Of a stretch of DNA of 64,000 nt, positions 1 to 11,500 are shown piece by piece. Origin of the DNA: the human T2T-CHM13v2.0 reference genome, Homo sapiens; the NCBI RefSeq assembly GCF_009914755.1, contig NC_060928.1; one strand, written 5' to 3'. How positions within the stretch are numbered: the first letter of the stretch is position 1; each line of letters opens with the position of its first letter. The translations under genes and the position numbers were made by a program. The notes beneath the pieces are model-generated. The model saw only the letters and a program-made list of their open reading frames with translations. It ran no database searches and was not told the origin of the DNA.

Positions 1-895
1 AAAAATCCCCTCATGGAAATATTCCAATGCTGGAGAAAATATACTCATTAAATACAATATCTCAGACCTATGGAATTACAAGTAGTCTGGTATAATCTAT
101 TGGAAAACTGTGTCATGAAAACAAATATAGGGTCCCAGAACCAATAATGGAAGTGTTTGTTATTTTAGTATATGCCTTTACCTGGAGCTTGGAGATGAAT
201 AAGAGTTACCTTAGCTGAATAGTGGAGGAAATTGGTGCGGTCTAAGCACAGGAAACAGAATTTGCAAGGATCCCGCATTGGAAGGAAGAAAATAAGAAAT
301 AATCGAATGAGGCCCTTTCGTGGGATAGGAAGGAAGAGATTGGTGACAGTGAAGCTAGAGTGTCCAGACACAAAGGATGACTGTATTCAAGAGCTCATAT
401 CCACAGGCTGAAGGACAGTCACACTTGGCACACAGATTCTATTTGTCCTCACACAGATAAAGGAAATGGTGCTGTCCCTCTGGCAAATTAACTTTTTCAT
501 TGCCCAGAATTTCTATAACCTTAAATTCCCTAACAGCTAATCTACTGCCCTTCTTTCTCCCTGACTTCAGATATAATTGAAGAGCTTGTCTAAAGTCTTC
601 CTGTCTTTGTTCCAATGTCCTGAATGTACATACTGGATATGTCAGATGTAGGAAAAAAAAAAAGCTGAGATGGGGGTGGTGGTGGAGGGTATATGGGGAA
701 GAGGAACCTTTATCTTCAACTCTAACAAGCAAAGTGAACATAGGAGAGTTAGAAAATCTATGTTTTATAAAGTGCAAATATGTATAAAAAATGAGTATAT
801 TATGTTAGTGATTTTTTTTTTAGATTCACCATAATGATAAATGCTGAAGAATTTGGAGAAGCAAGAGATGAAACACATTACAGATCAAGAACATC

Positions 896-1166
896 TTTTT
901 TTTGTTTTGTTTTTTGTTTGTTTTTGAGACGGAGTCTCACTCTGTCCCCCAGGCTGGAGTGCAGTGGCGTGATCTGGGTTCACTGCAACCCGAGTAACTG
1001 GGACTACAGGCGCCGGCCATCAGGACCAGATAATTTTTTTGTATTTTTAGTAGAGACGGGGTTTCACCCTGTTAGCCAGAATGGTCTCAATCTCCTGATC
1101 TTGTGATTTGCCCTCCTCAGCCTCCCAAAGTGCTGGGATTACAGGCTTGAGCCACCATGCCCGGCC
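896..1166 (-). mobile_element. Alu (AluY/AluSc-like) with ~41-bp internal deletion
   Basis: T-rich tail then GAGACGGAGTCTCACTCTGTC...CCGGCC. TSD AAGAACA(T/C)CTTTTT at 887-900 and 1167-1180. Confidence 0.95.
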
Positions 1167-2586
1167 AAGAACACCTTTTTAAATGATTTTTTTTTTTTGG
1201 TAGTCATTTTCTAACATGCAAATGGTTTAGTATTAACCCTAGGTATTCAAAATTGCAATGCTTACATATTTTTTACCAGCAGGGACAAATAATACAGATT
1301 TTTTATTTTTATTTTTGAGCTTCAGTTTCCATATGTGTAACCTAGATGTACACACTGCAGTGCCTTTGGTTAGATGTTGATAATATGTCTGCATACACAT
1401 ACATATGTACACACAAACACAAATAAATAGATCACTGGTTGCAAATTACAAGTAGGGACTCTGGACAAGATGGAGTTATGTGACTTGCCAACGTGCATTC
1501 ATAAATTTTAAAACATTGAACTAAAATTATGGTACCATATACATTCATGACTCAGTGTGCCTTTTATGAAAAAGTGGGAAAAGTGAAGTTCTTGACTGTG
1601 GAAGTGAGAATTATTGGTTTGGTTTCACTCTCCTGTATGATGTAGCTCTATCAGTGGTAACGCAAGCAACTTAACTGTTTAGGCAAATTTTCACAAATTC
1701 AGGATATTAAGCAGGGTTTAAGAGGGATTTTCTGATGACTGCTGATGTTCTCGGCCAGAATCAAGGGATTCTCATACTTTTCTTTCTCTCCATGTTTCTT
1801 ATATTCTTATTATGCCCCTCCTCTACCACCATTGCAGCTTCCTTCCCTTACGGTCACAACTTCCATCCCTCTGTCCCCTTCAGAACCTTTCTATGTCCTT
1901 TTATTTTCCATCCCTTTAGTAAGAAATTAAATAATATTTTTAAATAAATTTATTCAATGCAGTTACACATTTTTATATTCTACATAAAGATAGTATATTT
2001 TTGGTATTTCTGACAATAACCTTTGAAAACATTAAGTTATCCCTTACTACCTATGTTTAATCTCATTTTCCTTCTGATTCAGTGACCTTAACAAAGAAAT
2101 AGGCTATCCACCCTGTTTATGTATTCGTAATTTTAATTCACCCTACACATATTTTTAAATTTCTATGAATCAGGCCTTAGGCTGTGGGTACAAACATAAA
2201 CACAATCATTGAAACAGATGATGTTTCCAGAAAATAGACATTATACAATATTCAGTTCTTTACTATGATGATGAAATCAATTCCTGGTTTCATCTTTTCT
2301 CCATCTAATAACTGTGACAATGATGTTTGCTGCATCTAGAGTCAATATCATTCCCAGCATCAAATGTGTGTTTCTCTAGTAAGTGAATACAGCCATCATA
2401 ATGTGGATTGCAAAACTCAGTGAACACTGCTACCACTGGACACTGGAGAAGAGAAGCATATTGGGTGCAAGTGTGTGGGGAAATGGGGAGGAGGGACAAG
2501 GAGAACAGCTGCATTACCTCAGAGAAAATTAGAAAAAGTATGCTGTTTTAAGAGTTGTTCAAACTATGGTGGTGGGTTGGGGAATA

Positions 2587-2712
2587 CGTGTATGTGTGTA
2601 TATATATATATATGTACGTATATATGTGTTAGATACATATGTATATATGTGTGTGTGCGTGCATGTTAGATTCATATATGTGTGTGTGTGCGTGTATATG
2701 TGTGTGTGTATA
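2587..2712. repeat. Compound (TA)n/(TG)n microsatellite
   Basis: Directly visible alternating repeats. Confidence 0.9.
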
Positions 2713-3173
2713 CAGAAAACGCTGTATGTAAAACACAATCGAAGCTATCAATATCAGACAGGTATTTCCCTATATTAGAGGCTGCCTACCTCTGGAGCAG
2801 GGGACTATAATTCTGGAGAAATACATGTGTTTCCAAAGCTTTGGCTTTAAAAGTGCACGTGGTTCTTTCAGATTTTGAGTGAAACTCTTACTATCTCACT
2901 GGCATAGATGTCATCACAGACGGGCACATCTTCATGTCCGCCACTCAGCTGACCAGTAAGGCACTTTACTGCCTTTTAGGTATTATCTCTAGATTCCTCC
3001 ATTCAATAAAGGTCTTAAATTGAATTATGGGTGGCCGTTTTTCTCAGTAATAAGCCGGTGTTTCATGAGTACGGGAGTAGTTAAAGGTCCAGAAATGGGC
3101 ATTTGCTGTTTTCCTTCTTTGAAAATGGCAAGTGCACATTATTATGCTGGGGCAAGAGAACTAGAACATGCTG

Positions 3174-3226
3174 AAAAGATAAACATTTTTTTTTCCACCT
3201 AAAAGATAAACATTTTTTTTCCACCT
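3174..3226. repeat. Tandem duplication of ~27 bp
   Basis: AAAAGATAAACA-T(9/8)-CCACCT twice (3174-3200, 3201-3226). Confidence 0.9.
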
Positions 3227-3769
3227 TCTCCCATTTTCTGACCTCACCTGTTCCCCGTCTGACCTCTGGGGGGCTTACTCGGGATGTCAAGGAAAATGTA
3301 AAGTATGTAAAACCGGCTCCTTAAGTAGTATTTGTACCCTTAACGGTGAATTTCTGAGAAAAGATCCAGAAGACTAAGAAATGCATAGCTAATGAATACA
3401 TTTCAGGGAAATTGGAAGGTTTGGATAGAAAGGAAAGCACAGTTTACATACATATGCATACTGTGACGGATCAGGGCAAGGACTCCAGTGTCACCATCTT
3501 CCTGTATCTGTAGACCTTGTACAATGCAGTCCAAGGCTGTGAGGACTTCGGAGGGCAAACGCTGAGGAAACCAACCTGCCTCCAATTCCAAGGCGTGAGA
3601 TTTACATTGCAGCCTTTGTGATGCTGCTTAGTTAACTGGCTGTATTTATGCAGATCTATTGTAGACTTACTTCCTTTTAATTTTTCCCCCTTTTGTGACT
3701 GAAATCATGAATTCCTAAAAATAAATAAATAGCAAATCAAAGGAGAAAAAAAAAAGCCAAAACAGGTTT

Positions 3770-5810
3770 ACCTAACGGGAAGCCTGGAAGGGCTGGCGTT
3801 GGAGAAGCCGCTCGGAAGCGGGGCAGGTAGCAGAGAGCCGCCCGCCGGTCTCCGGGTCTACGCCCAGGGCTCTTTCCAGCCCGGCCTTTGGGTAACTGGT
3901 GTGGGGGAGGGCGGCCGGCTTTCAGGTCGCCTCTCCCGCAGGTTTGGGAGCCCGGTAGGCCGTGACTGAAAGACCGTAGCAACAGCGGTCAATTGCCGTT
4001 TTAGAGCTCATTTTGGGGCGAATGGTAGCAGCAGAGCCACTGCCGCCCTGGCTCTTGTAGGTGGGTCTGGAGTGTCACGTAGGCACCCCAACTCGCGCCG
4101 GGGGCCGTGGTCCGCAGACTCCCACTTCATTGCCCCGGAGGCCTGAGCCCGCCCCGCCCGGCTGTGGCTGCACCTTTCCCGAGAGTCGGGGCAGCGGCGG
4201 CTCGAAAGTGGAGGCAGCCTAACCGCGTAGCGCTGAAACCACCATTCACAAATGCAAACCCCTGTCTTCTGTGGATAAACGGTGGCGGCGCGCGTCCGAG
4301 CGTCCCCGAGGGGCTGTGGGGAGCCCCCGGGGAGAGCAGGAAAGGAAGCGGGGTGGCGGTGGCTAGGAAGCGACTGAGCCTTCTCGCCCGGCCGGCGGAA
4401 GAGGGAGCCGGGTCCCGGCGCGCCGAGCCAGCCGCCCCTCGCGCAGTTCCTCGGCCGCGGCGCGGGGTTCGCCCCGCTTCTCCCCGGCAGCAGCCGGCTG
4501 GGTGCCCCCGGCACAGCACAGTGCGGCAGGCGGCAGCGTCCTCCCCTCGCCTCCCCCACATTCCCTCACCTCAGCCAAGGCGGCAGCCCCGGCGTCCCCG
4601 CCCGCCCGGCCCCGCGCCCCCGCCCGGAGCGCCCCCACCCGTTGCGCCCCCGCCGGGTCCCGCCGCGCAGCCCCGCCACGCTGCAGCTGGAGCGACCGCC
4701 GCGGCCGGCCCCGCAGACCGGGGAGGAGGAGGAGGAGGGGAAGCCGGAGAGGGAGGCGCGGGGAGGAGGGATGGAGCCGGGAGGAGGAAATAAATAAATA
4801 AAACAATCACCTCCGCGCCAATAAGAGCGAGGGAGAGAGCAAGACGCGACCAGAGAGCCACCGGGGCCCGCTCGCGCGCCTCTGAGAGGCTGTCCGCGCG
4901 CGCGCGTGTGTGCGTGAGTGTGGATTTGCCGGGACTGGAGCTGGAAAGTTCAAACTAAACGTGTTGCTCTCGCCGAGTGCCGAGGCCGCGGCGGAGGCTG
5001 CCCAACTTCCCCGGGCCAAGTGAGTGGCGTTGCCCAGCGCCTTTGGCGAGGCGGCGGCCGCTCGGCCCTGCGCCCGGCCGCGGCGGCGGCGGCTCCGCTC
5101 GCCCCGGGAGGGAGCCCGCGGCCAGGGCTGGACTCTCGCCCCGCCACCTCCACCGACTCTCTCCTCAGCCTCCGCGCCTGGCACCGCAGCAAGGTACGTG
5201 GCGCTTCCTGGCGCGGCTTCTTCCCTAGCACACCCCGCGCGGATTTTTGGCTGCCTAGATTCTTCCCCTTCCCGGAGTGGTCATCATTTGTCAAACTTTA
5301 CCTCCACCTCGCACATGCGGGCGGCCGCTGCAGCCGCCCTCCCTGGCGGCATGGGCTCCGCTCGCTGATGGGAACCGAGAGGAGGGTGGGGGGGAGGATC
5401 TGCTGGCAGCGGTGGTTCTCATCTGGATTAAGATCGTATTTCGGAATAACTCGCAGGTCTTACCTTCCGGGGGTGTCCTTCATTATGATGTTCCCTGTGA
5501 TGCTGGTAATGGTTTTCCTTGCTCCTTCTGCACGGAAGGACGTACAAGTTTGCAGGAGAAGGTACATGAAAAGCAGGTGAAGTTTGCAGCCACTTGACTC
5601 CAAGAGAGGAGTAACCCTTTCTTTGCAGTAGCCGCTATGGTTTTGAAGCAGCGGCGGCGGCGGCAGCGGTGACAGAGGTGACAGCAGCCTGGCCGGTGGC
5701 GGCAGCTGCACGTTGTCCCGTCTGTGACTGGAAGAAGGAGGAAAAGTGGGGCTGCCTCGTCGGAGAGCGCAACTCTGGAGCTGCCTGCAAAGACGCTGCG
5801 GGGGAAAATG
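3770..5810. promoter_or_regulatory. CpG island promoter
   Basis: Abrupt switch from AT-rich to very GC/CpG-rich sequence, with GC boxes, GGA and GGC repeats and CCAAT at 4818-4822. Boundaries estimated by eye. Confidence 0.92.
4750..5193 (+). other. CCSER1: Non-coding first exon (5'UTR) of a large-intron gene, tentatively CCSER1/FAM190A; TSS approximate
   Basis: Consensus-like 5' splice site AAG|GTACGT at 5193/5194 inside the CpG island, followed by ~59 kb with no coding exon. Gene identity rests on my recollection of the UTR ending ...CCTGGCACCGCAGCAAG and on the AT-rich giant-intron context; it is unverified. Confidence 0.55.
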
Positions 5811-8146
5811 CTAAGGGCTCCCTGATCCTTGGTAAATCGTGTTTGGAGAGGCATGATTTCCTTTTGTGGTATTTATGTGCTTAATAACAGACATGCTTAA
5901 AAATCTCTTTAAAACTTTTATGCATACGATTTCCATTTCTAGATTAGGTGAAGGACTCTGAAACCTCTCAGATAAATGCCAAAATCAGTAAGATCAGAGC
6001 GGTGTGCAAACCTGCAATGAATTGCCCAGTGCCTTCTTGTTTGTAACGTATCACCTACTGGGAAACGTATCTTCCGTGCCATACTATTTTAGTAATAGTT
6101 ATAGGTTCATTATTATTATTTTTTTCTTACGATGAAATAGGAGGTTTTTAGTGAAACAAAAATTTAGAAGTCATAGTAAGTTTCCAAGCAACGTGCTTGA
6201 GCCTTTTGAAGCCACCTGCTGAATTAGTTCATGTTACTTTTCAGAGGTTACCACTTTGGTGCAGGAGATGTAGACATATCCAGCAGATGGAGCAGTGGAA
6301 AACTATACTGGAACCTGCATAACACTCATTTATCCCGATGTAATCACAAAGAGGCCAAATAAATGTGTATGGAGCTCACTTTAGGGGAGACACTGGTTTT
6401 ACTGTCATATTTGGAAAAAATTTTGTGTCTACTGAAATATGATTGGAATATATCTGCAGAAACTTCAATTCTTTAGGCTTCTTTTTCATTCATAAAGCAT
6501 TTGAAAATAGTTTTTGTGCATATTAGAGTACAGGATGATTCATTCATGTCAGAAATGTCAACTGGTCCTTTGGTTATATATTGCAGTGACTCACAACGAC
6601 ATGAAAAACAATGCATTCTGCCATAATAAAAGTCTAATTATTGTGTTATAGTTTAAAAGAGTATAAAAACTTGCATTTGAACGTAAGCAAACATCATTTT
6701 GAATACTTTTTAGTATTCTAAATGCAACTGAATTTGTGTTTTGCAAAGTTAAGATAGCTAAATACACTTATTTCTTCAAATAATTTACTGCAGCTTAAAT
6801 TGAAGGAAAAAGTTAATAAAACTTTTTAGTCATTCTTGTGAATTGATGTTCCTTCTTCCTCAAAATTTCATGAAATTTAGATCTGGTGTGATCTGGTCAC
6901 ATTCATTTTACCTTCAGAGACAAAGACAAAATTCTTCAAAAGCCACTTTAAAAAATCCTTACATTGATATATTATGGTAACAATAACATGAGGAGAGAAT
7001 CTGCCTTCCTACAAAAATTTTAAAACTTTGCAATCAGTCATGCATCTGAAAAAATAGCTTTAAAGTGAACAGAGACAAATGGGCTGCCCATTTCACAGGC
7101 AGAACGGCAAAGACTTAGGCACCTGCTTTGTTGCACCGTTTCAGGAAAGAACTGGTTCTTCAATCTAGTCTGCTCATCTCCCATCTCTTGCTCCTTTCAT
7201 TGTGTTTTGTCATAGATTTTACCGTGGCAGAGAACTGAGCTTAACTACTCTGAAAAAAATCCTATTAGGTCTTACTTTAATGTCATCATTTAGCAATTTA
7301 AAAGTTACAGCCATACAGCAAACATATTAAGGAATTTAGAGACAGACACGATGCCATTGAAAAATGTAGCACTAGCAATCATTTGAATTAAACATGCTTT
7401 ACACTGAGGGCACATGTTTATAAAATATATGTGACTGTTTTCTAAATCTTCAGATAACGTCTGTAGCAAAGTACTTACTTTTGCATTCTGAAACTATGTT
7501 TCTTTCACATTCGCATAATATCCAAGAAGGCTTAGAACTCCCAGTGTTATAAAATAGTATAACTACCTTTCTGAAGGAACTAATTTTATCCCGCCTGTTG
7601 CCACACAGATTAAATGATTATAGATTTTTCTAAATTTATTCCATTCTAAATTTATGCCCCTTTACACAGGCAAGAACAAAAGGGTTTCAGTGTAAGATGC
7701 TGAAAGTTTTATGCCATATTTAAATGTTTGAAAATATGAATACCAGACATTTACTAATTTATCATCTCTATTAAATGTGTTAAATTCCTCCAATATAAAT
7801 CTTATTGATAGTTTAAAAATCAGCTGGTCAAAGCAATGTTAATGTAGTAAAATTAGGTTAAACGTAGGTATATTATGGTCATTGCTCATGTGATATATGT
7901 CTTCAGAGAAAACCGGGTGCCTTGTAAGTTTTTCTGTAAACTCAATATAAATGAAATGCTGATAAGATTGACATAATTTTGATATAACTTTGACATATGT
8001 ATTTCTACATATTTTGAGACTTTAAAAATATAATCACTAAATACTCTTCGTATAGTACTGAGCGTTTTCAGTTAAGTTTATTGGACTGATAGAATCCTGT
8101 AATATGCTACTGAAGTTGAGTTCAAGTTTATGGAGGGAAATATTGG

Positions 8147-8147
8147 A

Positions 8148-8181
<34 letters not shown>

Positions 8182-8191
8182 CATACACACA
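8147..8191. repeat. (ATAC)n tetranucleotide microsatellite
   Basis: Directly visible. Confidence 0.9.
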
Positions 8192-8549
8192 TGGGTCATC
8201 AGTTTTCACTGGGAATCTTGGTAATGGGAGTGGCAATGTGCCTATTGAAGAATTTTGGAAAATAGTCTAATCATCAACTTTAAATTCTCATTTTAAAAAC
8301 TTGATCAAAAATAGATATCTGTTAAGTAGAGGACCTGTATTTAACCTAAGCCTCGTGGTAATAGTTGAAGCTTGGCATTCACCAAGTGTTTGCACTTGTT
8401 ATTACAGTAATTTTAATGCACTTTCTGCATTATTTGTATTTTCATTCCATCTCCTTAGGACATTGTTCTAATAGAGCTATAATATAGCTCTATTAGGTAG
8501 TTTTCTTCCAGCACCATAAAATGTAGCCACTGGGTTTAGACTTAAATAT

Positions 8550-8581
8550 AAAACCGCAATTACATTTGCACCAACCTAATA
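8550..8581. mobile_element. MADE1/Hsmar1 terminal inverted repeat (solo or half element)
   Basis: Reverse complement TATTAGGTTGGTGCAAATGTAATTGCGGTTTT matches the Hsmar1 TIR with one mismatch. Confidence 0.85.
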
Positions 8582-11500
8582 TTTCAACTGAATTAAGTTT
8601 TTGAAACTCATATAGAGGGATTGAGAGATTATGAAGAAGCAGAGATTTTGGTTTTTTCCCCATTAAGTTATCTTCTGGGAGTTAACATGGGTTTATCAGT
8701 CAGTGAAGATCAAGCAAAAGATGAAACCTTTTATCCTTTAGTTTCTGTCTTGTCACCTGCCTGTTTGGTTTCTCTTAGTGTCAAGTATGACTGAACATGA
8801 CTTTCACTTATAATTTATAGAAAAGGCATATATATTTGAAACTTGGGTGTTTTATTGGGAGGCACTATTAGTTTTTAATAAGAAGAAAAAGTTTCTAGCG
8901 CTATATATAAGGAAAAAATCATAATATAAAAAATTATTCTAGATGAGTACAGCAGTGAAAAATGTATCTTCCGATATAAATTTTAGCAGAAATGATGAGG
9001 ATGTAAGATTTATCCCAAATAATATTTCCAACTTTGAGTATTACTGTAATTTAATTTTTATATGTTAATGCCGTATTGGGTACAAACACCTTTACCTTTA
9101 ACTCTCTTTAATTACCACTTCTTTGTATAAAAGTCAACGAAGAATATAGCTTAATTATATATGTATAATATGATTGTTTTATGGCATATGTTATATGATA
9201 TATATCTCATAAAACATATTTTTAACATGAGTACAGTTTTGCTCATACAATATTCAGGGATAGATTTTATTTCACTGATTATCCCAAATTTTTTTTGAAG
9301 CCCCAGAGTCCTCAGGTAATTTTCTATATGTTACTGTATAGGACAGTTCTGCCATATAGCTTTAGAGATATTTAGTCATAGAAATATAATTGGGTAAGCT
9401 GCCCTACTATTCACGTAATTACCATGAAACTTGTGATAACCTCTAAATACAATATGTTATATAAACTGTTTATATTGTTACCAAGGGATTAAAACCATGG
9501 GACAAGATGAACATAGTCATTCTTTATAGTGGTCAAAAACTATCTTTCATGTTTTAAAGGACTTATATTTAGAACTTATTATGGAAAAAGGTGGATGGAT
9601 CAAAAGTGGGTATCAAGTGCGTGAAAAATTATTTACCAGAAGCACACTTACTAAGTATTATAATAAGCATACCTTTCTAATTATTATTTTCCAAAGGTAG
9701 GAGATTGGAGAGGCATAATTAAAGGTACCTGATATTATTAGAATAAGACAGTTGTCTAACTAGCATTTTCATTCTGATAGGAATATGTTTCATGATTTTG
9801 ATTATTTCACAGCACCCTTAACAAATAGAATTATACTGTGTTTTCCAATATGAATATCTCAAAGGTTTTGAAATGTATGATTGATTATGATCATCAGAAC
9901 TCTGTGACTAAACTGAAGGCAGCTAACACATAGAATACTGCTGGCAAATTGAGAGGCTGAATACTGGTGTTGCAAAAAGTTTAAGTTGATGTTACTTCCT
10001 ATATACCCCCAAATCAGTATTATTACTACTTTGCTAGTACTTTTATTATGAATATAAATTATATTAGATTCTTATTCAACCTTCCATGCTTAAATTACAG
10101 TATGTTCAAGAACTTGCTTTAGTAATAAATATTGATAATTATTGTACGACAGAGATCTTTACTGGTAACATTAGATTTAGAACATTATTATGCGAAACAG
10201 ACAATAAAACAATCTCTGCTCTGGGTCTATAGAATTTACTAAATTAGTGCCATGGGCATGTGAGAACAGAAAGTGTCCATATGTCAGCTTCAACTATATG
10301 ACAGAGGGAGAAAAGTGAGGAGACACCTTTCCATGAATGTCTTCCCTCCAGTTTATACCACCAGTTTTCTAAATAAACTTTATTTTAACATTTTTTAAAC
10401 CTGGACACTTTTAATGAGAACTAATCACAGTCACAAATATCAGTGTATTAATGGATTACATCAATACTTAATATTTTTTCATCTTATAGCTCAATCCATC
10501 ATTCATTAAGCGGAAAGATTTATTCACATTATCTTTTTAAAAATAATTCAGCAATTATATAGTAGACTGATTTTTAATAGTTGTCTATTAAAAATAAAAT
10601 AAAGCATAAAATAAAAATAATAAAAACTAAGAATAAGTTGTTGATGTAGTTTTTAGGATTTAATTTTGTTATTTAGAAGAAGATAAATATTTATAGGTTT
10701 AAGTTTTGGTTGTATATAAAATTAACAGCAGCAAGAATAAATAATCCCATATTTCAGCCAAAATGGCAACTAGAAATGATAAATTGGCTTTCTTGTGTAT
10801 ATGTGTGTGTGTGTGTCTTTTAATTTTCTATGTCAATTAATATGTACTATCAGTAGAATAGAATATTCTGAGAAGATAATGGTATCTTGTTGAACATAGA
10901 TTTAAAGGTTAAGCAGTTATTATTGAAAAATAAACATACCAATTTACTTTCCATCTCTAAGCCTTTTTCTTAAAGTATATTTACCTAAATTTAAACAGCA
11001 TCTATAATATTGATAAAAATTTTTAAAACATAAATGTCAAATTAAGTGCTCAATAAATATTAGGATCTGTCTATCTTTGATCTCTTCTTATTATCAAATA
11101 AAAATCAGTACACTGATATCTTTCTTTTAATAACAAATAGATGCAAGATAGTCTAAGGTTAACAACCAGAAAATATTTGTTTTGTGATGGGATGTTCATA
11201 ATTTCTTTTTCTCATTGCCTTACAGATTTATTTATTTTAATTTCATGTAGGATATAACAATTCCTTCTGCAAAATAAATGTTTTTTTTGATAAAATTAAA
11301 TACACTAAAGTGCCTTCAATTCTTAAGTATGTTGCCTAAAGATTTGAGTTTCAAAAGTATTAAATTTATATTTTGCATGTGTCATTATTTATATTGTAGG
11401 ATTTTTCCCAAATACAGGTCCTCTTGTGTTATCATTGTGAAGTTTTTTATTCATACTTTTCACATTAATACTTTTCCATACAACTTAATTATTTTGCTTT

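Noticed and set aside
834-1106. Alu-derived ORFs (also 15324-15663, 20658-20873, 30108-30411, 41302-41493)
   Set aside because: Typical translations of Alu sequence, not genes
4008-5884. Many long overlapping ORFs (up to 228 aa) in the CpG island
   Set aside because: Stop-codon scarcity in GC-rich DNA; Pro/Arg/Gly/Ala-rich in all frames, mostly non-ATG starts, no recognisable domain
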